A stretch of 64,000 nucleotides of DNA from an uncultured Desulfovibrio sp. Lineage in GTDB: Bacteria > Desulfobacterota > Desulfovibrionia > Desulfovibrionales > Desulfovibrionaceae. The notes beneath the pieces were generated by a model that searched no databases, had not been told where the DNA came from, and saw only the letters and a program-made list of their open reading frames with translations. Shown here one piece after another: positions 40,796-50,860 of the stretch (its first letter is position 1; the number at the start of each line of letters is the position of its first letter). Position numbers and translations under genes: made by a program. The stretch lies in assembly GCA_900547595.1 (NCBI GenBank), contig URHE01000004.1, positions 1,573 to 65,572 on the forward strand, in the 5' to 3' direction.

Positions 40796-40969
40796 TACTG
40801 CCTCCGTTGCGATTTGGCCGCCCCGGTGCGGGCGCGCCTGTCCACGCGGAATACGGCTGCGGCTTCGCGCATGTCGCACGCGTGCGTTGCCACCGGGCGC
40901 CTTTCCGGCGCAAGCCACTCTCCATATAATATTCTTCCCGTCCTTGGCAATGGCTGCGGCGTGGGCGTC

Positions 40970-40998
40970 TTGACGCGCTGTTTCGAATGGCATACCGT
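40970..40998 (+). promoter_or_regulatory. Putative sigma70 promoter for lysS
   Basis: TTGACG-N17-TACCGT. Confidence 0.45.
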
Positions 40999-41082
40999 TG
41001 CCTCCTTTCCGCGCGAAAGTCGGGGGACGGCACATGGAGGTCGTCGGACGCGGAAAGCAGGGGAGAAGGAAGGGGGCTTTGC

Positions 41083-42684
41083 GTGGACAATCGGGATCAA
41101 CGGGAAAAGGGCGCAAGACCTGCTGTCAGGCTGGGCACCAAGTCGCCGCATGCGGCCTACTTCATGCCCATGCTCGAAAGTTTCGCCGGGCGCAACGAAC
41201 TCAATGAAGTCATCAAGAACCGCGTCACCAAAGCCTGCGATCTGCTCGACGCGGGCAAGCCGCTCTTCCCCAACGACTTTCGCAAAGAACACAGCATCGC
41301 CTGGGTGCTTGAGAAATATGGCCCCGTGGAGGGCGAGGCGCTGGACGGCATGGAGGATGTATTCGCCATTGCCGGGCGCATCGTCTCCCTGCGTTCCTTC
41401 GGCAAGGTGGCCTTTTTCCACCTCATGGACCAGAGCGGCAATATCCAGTGCTATGCCTCGCGCGAGCATCTGGACGAAGAAACCTACAAAATCGTAAAAA
41501 AGCTTGATGTGGGCGATATTGTCGGCGTTTCCGGGCACCTGTTCCGCACCAAGACCGGCGAACTGACCATCGCCTGCCGCTCGTTGCGCCTGCTGTCGCG
41601 CTCCATGCGGCCGCTGCCGGAAAAATACCATGGCCTCAAGGACATGGAGACGCGCTACCGGCAACGTTATGTGGACCTCATCGTCACGCCCCGGAGCCGG
41701 GAGATATTTGTCAAGCGCAGCCTCATCGTGCGGGAATTCCGCCGCTTCATGGAAGATCACGGCTTCATGGAGGTGGAGACGCCCATCATGCAGCCCATTG
41801 CCGGGGGCGCCACGGCCAAGCCCTTCCGGACGCACCACAATGCCCTGGACCTGGAGCTTTTTCTCCGCATCGCTCCGGAGCTGTATCTCAAGCGGCTGCT
41901 GGTCGGCGGTTTTGAAAAGGTCTTTGAGCTCAACCGCAATTTCCGCAACGAAGGCATCGACACCCGGCACAACCCGGAATTCACCATGTGCGAGTTCTAC
42001 TGGGCCTATGCCACCTTTGAAGACCTCATGGACTTTACGGAACAGCTTTTCGCCCATATTGCCCTGAAGGTTTGCGGAAGCACCGTGGTGCCGTATCAGG
42101 GGGAGGAGATCGACCTCACCCCGGGGCACTGGCACCGCATGAGTTTTTACGATTCCCTGACAAAAATCGGCGGCCATCAGCCGGAATTTTATAACGACTA
42201 TAACAAGGTAAAGGCATATATTCGCGAACGCGGCGAAAAAACGCTGGAAAATGAGTGTCTTGAAAAGCTCCAGGCCAAGCTTTTCGACCTGGATGTGGAG
42301 GGCAGGCTCATCCAGCCGCACTTCATCTATCATTATCCCACAGCCATTTCACCCCTTTCGCGGCGTAACGACACAAGGCCGGAGATCACGGACCGCTTCG
42401 AGCTGTTCATCACCGGGCGGGAGCTTTCCAACGCCTTTTCCGAACTCAATGACCCCGTGGATCAGCGGCTGCGCTTTGAGGAACAGAAGCGGGAACGGGA
42501 AGCGGGCGACGACGAGGCGCACAGCATGGATGAAGACTACCTGCGCGCCCTTGAATACGGCATGCCCCCCGCGGCGGGGCAGGGGGTGGGCATTGACCGT
42601 CTTGTCATGCTCCTGACCGATTCTCCTTCCATACGCGAGGTCATCCTTTTCCCGCTCCTCCGCCCGGAATATCAGGCATCCTGA
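41083..42684 (+). CDS. lysS: Lysine--tRNA ligase (class II); start approximate
   Basis: RYRQRYVDL, GGATAKPF, LRIAPELYLKRL, FRNEG and EYGMPPAAG.G.GIDR motifs. Confidence 0.97.
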   Translation: MDNRDQREKGARPAVRLGTKSPHAAYFMPMLESFAGRNELNEVIKNRVTKACDLLDAGKPLFPNDFRKEHSIAWVLEKYGPVEGEALDGMEDVFAIAGRIVSLRSFGKVAFFHLMDQSGNIQCYASREHLDEETYKIVKKLDVGDIVGVSGHLFRTKTGELTIACRSLRLLSRSMRPLPEKYHGLKDMETRYRQRYVDLIVTPRSREIFVKRSLIVREFRRFMEDHGFMEVETPIMQPIAGGATAKPFRTHHNALDLELFLRIAPELYLKRLLVGGFEKVFELNRNFRNEGIDTRHNPEFTMCEFYWAYATFEDLMDFTEQLFAHIALKVCGSTVVPYQGEEIDLTPGHWHRMSFYDSLTKIGGHQPEFYNDYNKVKAYIRERGEKTLENECLEKLQAKLFDLDVEGRLIQPHFIYHYPTAISPLSRRNDTRPEITDRFELFITGRELSNAFSELNDPVDQRLRFEEQKREREAGDDEAHSMDEDYLRALEYGMPPAAGQGVGIDRLVMLLTDSPSIREVILFPLLRPEYQAS

Positions 42685-42767
42685 CAATTTCGCGGGCAGT
42701 TTCCCGAAAGGCAGGGCGCGGCGGCCGAAGCCACCGCGCCCTCTGTGCGTGGTATGGGGAGCAACCT

Positions 42768-43316
42768 CTACTGCGGCAGCAGCTTTGCGTACTCGGCGCT
42801 CTTGACATGCTGGCGGAGAAATGCCTGGGCTTCCTTGCGGTTCCCCGTGACCGACGTGACCATGAATACCTCCCCCTCAGTGGCGACCCACGCCTGGCAG
42901 GGCATTCCCTGTTGCGTGAACGAGAAGGTGTACTGACCATTCTTTTCCACCGGGGGCTTTTCCGCCTTGAACTGCTCGGCGAACATGCCCGCGATGGTCT
43001 TGGCGTCGGCGGCGCCGCGCGGGCCGACAACCATGGTGACCACGGCGCTTCCCGCTGTCCGCGCGAAGATGGCGCTGGTCATGCCCTGGTTTTCCGTGGG
43101 CGGCATGATGGCTTTCCAGTCCTCGGGCACCGAGACCGTGTAATATTTGCTGGTCAGTTCTGTCGGCCCGGCGGGAGCCGCCGCGTCAGGAGCCTTGGCG
43201 GCCTTTTCCCCGGCCTGGGCGGCGGGGGCGTCCGTCGTGCCCGCCGCTTTCTCCGCCGCAAATGCGGGCGCGCTCAGGCAGAGCACCATGAGCAATGTGG
43301 TTATGCGTTTCAGCAT
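42768..43316 (-). CDS. Exported hypothetical protein
   Basis: Signal peptide ending APAFA, Ala-rich linker and compact beta-rich domain; AAGGAG SD. Confidence 0.7.
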   Translation of the reverse strand: MLKRITTLLMVLCLSAPAFAAEKAAGTTDAPAAQAGEKAAKAPDAAAPAGPTELTSKYYTVSVPEDWKAIMPPTENQGMTSAIFARTAGSAVVTMVVGPRGAADAKTIAGMFAEQFKAEKPPVEKNGQYTFSFTQQGMPCQAWVATEGEVFMVTSVTGNRKEAQAFLRQHVKSAEYAKLLPQ

Positions 43317-43463
43317 TTTTTCTCCTTGGTGAATGTTCCGGCCGGCAGCATGACACGTATCGGACCTGAAGATGTTCACTGCCGTGCCGGGCGCAAGAGT
43401 AGCCAATGGCGCGGACAATGACAAGATTCGGCGCCAGCCCCTTTCATGCGGAAAACGGCGCCG

Positions 43464-43493
43464 TTGACAAGGGGCGGCGTGTCGGAACATAGT
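43464..43493 (+). promoter_or_regulatory. Putative sigma70 promoter for rel
   Basis: TTGACA-N18-CATAGT. Confidence 0.4.
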
Positions 43494-43594
43494 CCGGGAA
43501 AGAGAAATGCTTGCACTGAAACCACGCGGCGGCTGTCAGGGATCCCACCGCCCTGCGCGTTCTGTCCGCGCATTCTCCACTCCGCGGGGCGCCC

Positions 43595-45757
43595 ATGATC
43601 CGCATCCAGGAAATTCTCGACAAAGTTTCCGCCAATAACAAAAACGCCAATCTTGAGCTCATCCGGCATGCGTATGTCTATGCGGCCACGGCGCACGCGG
43701 GGCAGACGCGTCTTTCCGGCGAGCCGTATCTTTCCCACCCGCTGGCGGTGGCCTCCACGCTTGCGGAAATGGGATTCGACGAACCCACGGTGGCGGCGGG
43801 GCTTCTCCATGACACCGTGGAGGACACCAAGGCGACCATCGAGGAGATCGACGAGAATTTCGGCGAGGATGTGGCCGATATTGTCGACGGCGTGACCAAG
43901 ATCAGCATGATCCCCTTTGAGAACAAGGAGGAGGCGCAGGCCGAGAATATCCGCAAGATGATCCTCGCCATGAGTCACGACATGCGCGTGCTCATGGTCA
44001 AGCTTGCCGACCGCCTGCACAACATGCAGACCCTGGATTTTCAGAAGGCGCACAAGCAGCGGCGCATCGCCCAGGAAACCATGGATATTTACGCGCCGCT
44101 CGCCAATCGCCTGGGCCTCAATGTGCTCAAGCGGCGCCTGGAAGACCTGAGCTTCAAGTATCTGCGCCCCGACATCTACAATCAGATCGACCACTGGCTG
44201 GATACGCACCAGGTGGTGGAAAAGCACATCATCGACAAGGTCGTGGACCTCATCCGCGACCTTCTGACCTCCAATGCCATTGAAGGCCAGGTGTACGGAC
44301 GCATCAAGCACAAGTACAGCATTTACAAGAAAATGCAGTCCCAGTCCCTCACGCTTGACGAAATGCACGACATCATGGCCTTCCGCGTGCTCGTCAAGGA
44401 CATCAAGGACTGCTATGCCGTCCTCGGCCTTGTCCACTCCCAGTGGAAGCCCGTTTACGGGCGTTTCAAGGATTATATCTCCATGCCCAAGGCCAACGGC
44501 TATCAGAGCCTGCACACCACGGTCATCGGGCCGGAGGGCGAACGCATCGAGATTCAGATACGCACCGAAGAGATGCACCGCCAGGCCGAGCATGGCGTGG
44601 CCGCGCACTGGCTCTACAAGGAAAAGGGCCGCGTCAACAGCAAGGACCTGGAGCAGTTCTCCTGGCTCAGGGAGATTTTTGAACGCCAGGGCGAAGAGGC
44701 CGATTCCCGGGAGTTCATGCACTCCCTGAAGATGGATCTGTTCAAGGATGAGGTCTACGTCTACACCCCGGCGGGCGATGTCAAGGAACTGCCCGAGGGC
44801 GCAACTCCGCTTGATTTCGCCTTCCACATCCACACCAAGGTGGGGCAGCACTGCGCCGGCGCCAAGATCAACGGGCGGCTCATGCCCCTGGGCACGGAAC
44901 TCAGGAACGGCGACATTGTCGAGATCGTCACCGACCCGGCGCGCAATCCCAACCGCGACTGGCTCAAGCTCGTCAAGACCGCAAGGGCGCGCAGCCGCAT
45001 CCAGCGCTATCTCCGCACCGAGGAGCGCACCCACGCCGTGACCCTTGGCCGCGACATGCTCGAAAAGGAAGGCCGCAAGGTCAGCCTCAATGTCGGCAAG
45101 GCCCTCAAGGAGGGGCACCTTGCCCTTGTGGCCCAGGACCTGAACTTTGAAAGCGTGGATGATCTGGTGGCCGCCGTGGGCTACGCCCATGTGACACCGC
45201 GCAAGGTCCTCAACCGGCTGTATGCGGTCCTGCACCCGGAGGCCGTGTCCCAGAGCGCTCCGGAGCCGCCGAGCGTCAAGGAAAGCAAGGAGGCCGCGCG
45301 CCGCAAGACCGAGGGGGTCGGCATTTCCGGCGTGGACGGCGTGCTCATGCGCTTTGCCAAATGCTGCAATCCCGTGCCGGGCGACCCCATCATCGGCTAT
45401 ATCAGCCGGGGCATGGGCATCACCGTTCACCGGGCGGACTGCCCAAATGTGGCCAACATGGAGCCCGAACGGCTCATTTCCGTCCACTGGGAAGGGACGG
45501 AGGCCGAGCAGCCCTATGAGGCGGGGATATTCATCATCGCCCAGAACGTCGCCGGCGTTCTGGCCCATGTGGCGCAGGTCATTGCCGACAGCAGCATCAA
45601 TATCACCGGCCTGAACATGGATACCCAGGTGGACGGCAGGGCGCGCCTCAGGTTCACTGTGGAGGTGAAGAGCGCGACCCAGCTCTACCAGCTCATTGAA
45701 GCCATCCGCGCGTTGCCCGACATCCTCGAAGTGGTGCGCGACACGGAGGACGCCTGA
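43595..45757 (+). CDS. relA: Bifunctional (p)ppGpp synthetase/hydrolase (long RSH)
   Basis: Intact HD motif LLHDTVEDT, synthetase RFKDY...YQSLHT and EIQIRT, TGS domain, AKCC.P and C-terminal ACT. Confidence 0.96.
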   Translation: MIRIQEILDKVSANNKNANLELIRHAYVYAATAHAGQTRLSGEPYLSHPLAVASTLAEMGFDEPTVAAGLLHDTVEDTKATIEEIDENFGEDVADIVDGVTKISMIPFENKEEAQAENIRKMILAMSHDMRVLMVKLADRLHNMQTLDFQKAHKQRRIAQETMDIYAPLANRLGLNVLKRRLEDLSFKYLRPDIYNQIDHWLDTHQVVEKHIIDKVVDLIRDLLTSNAIEGQVYGRIKHKYSIYKKMQSQSLTLDEMHDIMAFRVLVKDIKDCYAVLGLVHSQWKPVYGRFKDYISMPKANGYQSLHTTVIGPEGERIEIQIRTEEMHRQAEHGVAAHWLYKEKGRVNSKDLEQFSWLREIFERQGEEADSREFMHSLKMDLFKDEVYVYTPAGDVKELPEGATPLDFAFHIHTKVGQHCAGAKINGRLMPLGTELRNGDIVEIVTDPARNPNRDWLKLVKTARARSRIQRYLRTEERTHAVTLGRDMLEKEGRKVSLNVGKALKEGHLALVAQDLNFESVDDLVAAVGYAHVTPRKVLNRLYAVLHPEAVSQSAPEPPSVKESKEAARRKTEGVGISGVDGVLMRFAKCCNPVPGDPIIGYISRGMGITVHRADCPNVANMEPERLISVHWEGTEAEQPYEAGIFIIAQNVAGVLAHVAQVIADSSINITGLNMDTQVDGRARLRFTVEVKSATQLYQLIEAIRALPDILEVVRDTEDA

Positions 45758-45923
45758 GCCTGCCGGATGACGAAAAGGACGCCCAGCGCCTCCGCAGGCC
45801 GCTCCCCGGCGGGCATGACTTGCAAATTCATGCGGTACAGGCTATGAGCAGAGGCTGTTTCTGAAACCATAAAGGCAGGTGTCGGCCTCGGCCGATGCCA
45901 TCCCACACCTCTGGAGGTGCGTT

Positions 45924-46274
45924 TTGTTCGAATCCATCGCTTTCGCCATGGGCACGCCCCAGGCCGGGGGCGCCGCTCCCGAAGGCACGGATATGCTCAT
46001 GCAGTTCCTGCCGCTCATCCTCATGTTCGTCATCTTCTGGTTCCTTCTCATCCGCCCGCAGCAAAAACGGGCCAAGGCGCACAAGCAGATGCTCTCCGAG
46101 CTCAAGCGCGGCGATCATGTGGTGACTTCCAGCGGCATCATCGGCAGAATACTTGAAATCGACGACGAGCAGGTGCTTCTCGAAAGCGGCGACTCCAAGC
46201 TTCGTATCTCGCGCGCGGCCGTGGGCGGTCTGATCCAGTCCAAAACGGCTGCCGACCCGGCTGAAAAGAAATAG
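45924..46274 (+). CDS. yajC: Preprotein translocase subunit YajC
   Basis: TTG start after GGAGG; FWFLLIRPQQKR and LKRGDHVVTSSGIIG motifs. Confidence 0.93.
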   Translation: MFESIAFAMGTPQAGGAAPEGTDMLMQFLPLILMFVIFWFLLIRPQQKRAKAHKQMLSELKRGDHVVTSSGIIGRILEIDDEQVLLESGDSKLRISRAAVGGLIQSKTAADPAEKK

Positions 46275-46399
46275 CGGACGGTTCCGTCCGCACCGTGCCG
46301 ACCGCATGGCCGCGCGTTTCCCCGGCGGGAACGCGCGCCCTCCGGTCGGTGGTTCCCCGTCATTCCCGGTCGTACCGGTCGTATTCTGGAAGGTGAACA

Positions 46400-47989
46400 A
46401 TGGGTCTGCGGTGGCGACTCGGCATTTCCGTGCTGGTTTTTTTGCTCTGCCTGGTCTATGCCTTGCCGAGCATTCCGGGCATCGGGACGGCGCTGGAGCG
46501 AATCCTGCCCTCCAGCAGGATCAATCTCGGCCTTGACCTCAAGGGCGGCATCCATCTCACTCTGGGCGTGGATGTGGCCAAAGCCGTCAGCAACGCCCTC
46601 GCCCTTGCGGGGCAGGATGTGCGCCGCCTGGCGCAGGATGAGAAGATCGTCGTTCTCAGGCCCCGCGTCGTGGGGGGCACCACGCTGGAATTTGTGCTGC
46701 CGCGTGCCGAGAACGAGTCCAGGCTCCAGGAACTTCTCGCCCGGCACTTTCCGCAGCTCGAGGTGGACACGCCGCAACGCGGCGATGCCGGCCAGTTGCG
46801 TTATGTGGCGCGTTTCACGCCGGATGAGGTCTCGCGCCTGGAGACCATGGCCCTGGATCAGGCCCTGCGCACCATCCGCAACCGTATCGATCAGTTCGGC
46901 GTGGCCGAGCCTGATATTCGCAAACAGGCGGGAAACCGCATCCAGGTGCAGCTGCCCGGCATTTCCGACCCCCGCCGCGCCGTGCAGATCATCGGCCAGA
47001 CGGCGCATCTCGAATTTCACCTTGTCCGCGACGATGTGGACCCGGGCAAGGCCGTGCTGCCTTCCGGCGTGGTCGTGCTGCCGCTGCTTGAGACGACCGG
47101 GGGCCAGAAGCAGGAAGCCCGGAAGGAAGGGCGCATCGCCGTTGAAAAGGACGCCATGCTCACCGGCGAGGATGTGGCCGATGCGCGGCCCGCGTTCGAC
47201 CAGATGAACCAGGCGTATGTGACCCTGAATTTCAACAGCCGCGGCGGTCGCATTTTTGAACGCGTCACCGGCGAAAACGTGGGACGCCGGATGGCCATTG
47301 TCCTTGACGGCAAGGTGTATTCCGCGCCCGTCATCCGCGAACGCATCGGCGGCGGCAGGGCGAGCATTTCGGGCAACTTCACCACCGCCGAGGCGCAGGA
47401 CCTGGCCATTGTCTTGCGCGCGGGCTCCCTGCCGGCTCCGGTTTCCGTGCTGGAGGAACGCAGCGTCGGCCCCTCCCTGGGGCAGGAATCCATCGACAGC
47501 GGCATACGCGCGGCCCTGGTCGGCGCGGCCCTCGTCATCCTGTTCATGGCCATCTATTACGGCATGAGCGGCGTCATCGCCGACATTATGCTCTGCTTCA
47601 CCATGCTCATCGTCATGGCGGGCATGGGGGCCTTTGGCGCGACGCTGACACTGCCGGGCATTGCCGGTATCGTCCTGACCATCGGCATGGCTGTTGACGC
47701 CAATGTGCTCATTTACGAACGCATCCGGGAGGAACTGCGCCTCGGGCTCACGCCGCTGGCGGCGGTGAAGGCCGGCTTTGACCGGGCGGCCATTTCCATC
47801 ACCGACTCCAACCTGACGACCATTATCGCCACGGTGGTGCTCTACCAGTTCGGCACGGGCCCGATCCGCGGTTTCGCGGTCACGCTCTCACTGGGCATCA
47901 TTGCGTCCATGTTCACGGCGATCTTCGTTTCCCGGTCCATTTTTGAGGAATGGGCCAGGCATTGCGGGCCAAAGGGCATCAGCATCTAG
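46400..47989 (+). CDS. secD: Protein translocase subunit SecD
   Basis: LGLDLKGG, RIDQFGVAEP, LRAGSLPAP and GMAVDANVLIYERIREE motifs. Confidence 0.97.
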   Translation: MGLRWRLGISVLVFLLCLVYALPSIPGIGTALERILPSSRINLGLDLKGGIHLTLGVDVAKAVSNALALAGQDVRRLAQDEKIVVLRPRVVGGTTLEFVLPRAENESRLQELLARHFPQLEVDTPQRGDAGQLRYVARFTPDEVSRLETMALDQALRTIRNRIDQFGVAEPDIRKQAGNRIQVQLPGISDPRRAVQIIGQTAHLEFHLVRDDVDPGKAVLPSGVVVLPLLETTGGQKQEARKEGRIAVEKDAMLTGEDVADARPAFDQMNQAYVTLNFNSRGGRIFERVTGENVGRRMAIVLDGKVYSAPVIRERIGGGRASISGNFTTAEAQDLAIVLRAGSLPAPVSVLEERSVGPSLGQESIDSGIRAALVGAALVILFMAIYYGMSGVIADIMLCFTMLIVMAGMGAFGATLTLPGIAGIVLTIGMAVDANVLIYERIREELRLGLTPLAAVKAGFDRAAISITDSNLTTIIATVVLYQFGTGPIRGFAVTLSLGIIASMFTAIFVSRSIFEEWARHCGPKGISI

Positions 47990-48063
47990 GCATCCACATC
48001 CGCAGCAGCGGCATCCGGGCGCGGTCCGGCGCAAGCGCCGGCCGGGCGCATGGAGAACCCACC

Positions 48064-49164
48064 ATGGGCTTTGCATTCATCAAGCACGACACCAATATCG
48101 ACTTCATCGGCAAACGGCACTGGGCCTATGCCATTTCCATCCTCTTCCTGCTGGCCGGTCTTGCCTCGGTGCTCTGGGGCAACGGGCTCAAGCTCGGCAT
48201 CGACTTCGCGGGCGGCGTCATCGTCCAGGTGCAGTTTTCCAAACCCGTGGAGGACGAGGCGCTCAAGAAGAGTCTCAATATTCCCGAGCTTCCAGGGATT
48301 TCCACCCAGCGTTTCGGCGAGGGAGGACGGGACTATCTGTTGCGCTTTTCCAGCTCCGAGACTGGCGACGCATCGGTATTGCGCACCAATGTGATCAAGG
48401 CCCTGGCGCAGGCATTCCCCGACAATCCGGTGGAGATCCAGCGCCTTGAGGTCGTGGGTCCCAAGGTGGGCGATGATCTCACCAACAAGGCGCTCAGCGC
48501 CCTCTATTATGCCGTGCTGCTCATTGCCGTCTATATTTCCGGCCGGTTCGAGCAGCGCTGGATGGCAGCCGCCATCATGGCGGCGGCGCTCTGGGGCGGC
48601 ATGTATCTTTTCAGCTTCACGTCCATCGGCATGGGCTGGCAGGTCATGGTGGCGCTTGCCATCACTCTGGTGGTCTGCTTTGTGCTCAAGCTGAACTTCG
48701 CCCTGGGCGCCGTTGTGGGCCTGCTGCATGACGTGTTCATCACCGTCGGCCTGCTTTCCATCCTGAATGTGGAGATCGACCTCAATGTCATGGCCGCGCT
48801 CCTGACACTGGTGGGCTACTCCCTCAACGACACCATCATCGTCTATGACCGCTTGAGGGAGAATCTCCGCGCGGCGCCCCAGCTTGATCTTGCCTCGCTG
48901 ATCAATCGCAGCGTCAACCAGACGCTCTCGCGCACCATCCTCACCAGCGGCACCACCTTTGCGGCCACGCTTTCCCTCTTTCTGCTCGGCGGCGGGGTGA
49001 TCCATGACTTTGCCCTGACCATGCTCATTGGCGTATTCGTGGGCACGGCCTCGTCCATCTATGTTTCTTCCGCCATCCTCCTGGCCCTGGGCGATACGGA
49101 TTTTTATGTCCACGCACAGGAAAAGGAAAACTACGAGCGTCCCGGGGAGCACGGCATCGTCTAG
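48064..49164 (+). CDS. secF: Protein translocase subunit SecF
   Basis: LGIDFAGG, VGPKVG, GYSLNDTIIVYDRLRE and QTLSRTILTS motifs. Confidence 0.96.
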   Translation: MGFAFIKHDTNIDFIGKRHWAYAISILFLLAGLASVLWGNGLKLGIDFAGGVIVQVQFSKPVEDEALKKSLNIPELPGISTQRFGEGGRDYLLRFSSSETGDASVLRTNVIKALAQAFPDNPVEIQRLEVVGPKVGDDLTNKALSALYYAVLLIAVYISGRFEQRWMAAAIMAAALWGGMYLFSFTSIGMGWQVMVALAITLVVCFVLKLNFALGAVVGLLHDVFITVGLLSILNVEIDLNVMAALLTLVGYSLNDTIIVYDRLRENLRAAPQLDLASLINRSVNQTLSRTILTSGTTFAATLSLFLLGGGVIHDFALTMLIGVFVGTASSIYVSSAILLALGDTDFYVHAQEKENYERPGEHGIV

Positions 49165-49308
49165 AATGGCCGTGCCCCTGGGGCTTGCGGACGCGCGGCT
49201 GGTTTGCTCCGGCGGCGTTTCCGGCCCCTTTCCGACCGCCCCTGCGGACTCCCCGCGGGGGCGGTCCTGTTTTTTCAGGGAAAAAGTTTATTTTGCGGCG
49301 CATGACAT

Positions 49309-49337
49309 ATTGACGCGGCCTCAATCAGTCTTAAGGT
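49309..49337 (+). promoter_or_regulatory. Putative promoter with overlapping palindrome upstream of cbpA-cbpM-clpB
   Basis: TTGACG-N16-TAAGGT; ATTGA-N7-TCAAT inverted repeat over the -35. Confidence 0.4.
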
Positions 49338-49447
49338 ACTAGAAGTGAAGTGGTGCGCCGTTCGACGAAAAACGGCCGCTGTTTCCGGCGGATGCATCCA
49401 CAAGAGTTCCTGCCCACAGGCGGAGTTCGCAAGGGAGAAAACGAAAT

Positions 49448-50386
49448 ATGGCCGTCTCATATAAGGATTATTACAAACTGCTTGGCGTGGACCGCGGCGC
49501 CACGGTCGAGGATATTTCCAAAGCCTACAAAAAGCTTGCCCGCAAATACCACCCCGATCTCAATCCCGGCAACAAGGAGGCCGAAGAAAAATTCAAGGAG
49601 ATCAATGAGGCCCATGAGGTCCTCAAAGACCCTGAAAAGCGCAAGCTCTATGACCAGCTTGGTCCCGACTGGCAGAACGGCCAGCAGTTCCAGAACGGCC
49701 AGGGCTTCGAGAATATGCACTTCAACTTCAATGGCCAGGATGTCAACGGTTCCGACTTTTCGGATTTCTTTGAGAGCATCTTCGGGGGCGGCGGCCGGAG
49801 TGCGCGAGGCGCCCAGTTCGGGCCGGATCCTTTCGGCGGCTTTTCCTCCCGCCCCAGGCGGGGCCGTGATGTGGAGGCGGAACTTCCCCTCACGCTTGAG
49901 GAGGTCATGCGTGGCGGCAAACGGAATGTGACGCTTCAGATGCCCCACGGGCCCAAAACTCTGGAAGTCAATGTGCCCGCGGGCATCCGGGATGGCGCCA
50001 AGCTCCGGCTTTCTGGCCAGGGCGATCCGGCCCCGGGCGGTGGCACGCCCGGCGACCTCTTTCTTCGCATCCGGTATCAGCCGCATGCCCGTTTCAGGGT
50101 CGACGGCGAAAATATCCACTGTGATGTCGCGCTGGCTCCGTGGGAGGCCGTTCTTGGCGCCAAGGTTCCCGTGCCCACACTTGAGGGCGAGGTGGAGCTG
50201 ACCATTCCCGCCGGCTCCAGCTCCGGCCGCAAGTTTCGCTTGCGTGGCAAGGGGCTGGGCACCGCCGCGAAACGCGGCGACCTGCTCGTCAAGGTGATGA
50301 TACGTGTCCCCGCGGAGCTGACCTCCGACGAACGGGAACTCTGGGAGCGGCTTGCGGCCACGTCGACCTTCAAGGCGCGCGCCTGA
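49448..50386 (+). CDS. cbpA: CbpA-like class II J-domain co-chaperone
   Basis: J domain DYYKLLGV...KYHPD, G/F region and DnaJ C-terminal domain; no zinc finger. Confidence 0.88.
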   Translation: MAVSYKDYYKLLGVDRGATVEDISKAYKKLARKYHPDLNPGNKEAEEKFKEINEAHEVLKDPEKRKLYDQLGPDWQNGQQFQNGQGFENMHFNFNGQDVNGSDFSDFFESIFGGGGRSARGAQFGPDPFGGFSSRPRRGRDVEAELPLTLEEVMRGGKRNVTLQMPHGPKTLEVNVPAGIRDGAKLRLSGQGDPAPGGGTPGDLFLRIRYQPHARFRVDGENIHCDVALAPWEAVLGAKVPVPTLEGEVELTIPAGSSSGRKFRLRGKGLGTAAKRGDLLVKVMIRVPAELTSDERELWERLAATSTFKARA

Positions 50387-50445
50387 CAGGGCGTCCGGTA
50401 TGAACAGCCACGCGCACGCTGGCTGCATATTCCGAGGATGGAATC

Positions 50446-50760
50446 ATGAGCATGACAAGAAAATCTTCCTCCTTGCCGACGCCGTCCAGGGTGCTCGCCT
50501 GGGAGGAATTTATTGAAGTGACCGGCGTAACGCCGGAACATTTGCAGGAACTGGTGTCTCTGGGCTGGATAGAAACGCGCGTCAGCGCCTCCCAGGCCCG
50601 GATGTTCCACGATGCGGACGTTTATCGGGTGCGCAAACTGGAACGTATTTGCGGAGACTTTGAACTGCCGGTGGTGGGCGGAACCATCATCGTCGACCTG
50701 CTTGAGCGCATCGATCGTCTGGAGCAGATGGTGCGCGACTTGCATGCCCTGGAGGACTGA
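50446..50760 (+). CDS. cbpM: Chaperone modulator CbpM/DafA-like (MerR-like fold)
   Basis: LQELVSLGWIE...RKLERICGDFEL...IIVDLLERIDRLE; lies between cbpA and clpB. Confidence 0.8.
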   Translation: MSMTRKSSSLPTPSRVLAWEEFIEVTGVTPEHLQELVSLGWIETRVSASQARMFHDADVYRVRKLERICGDFELPVVGGTIIVDLLERIDRLEQMVRDLHALED

Positions 50761-50860
50761 GTCCCGAGGGCGCCCGTCAGACTGACGGATTTTACCAGAT
50801 AACGACCGGTCCGCCTGTCCGCAGGGGCGTGGCAGTCCGGACAGGGTGGGGAGTACATAT

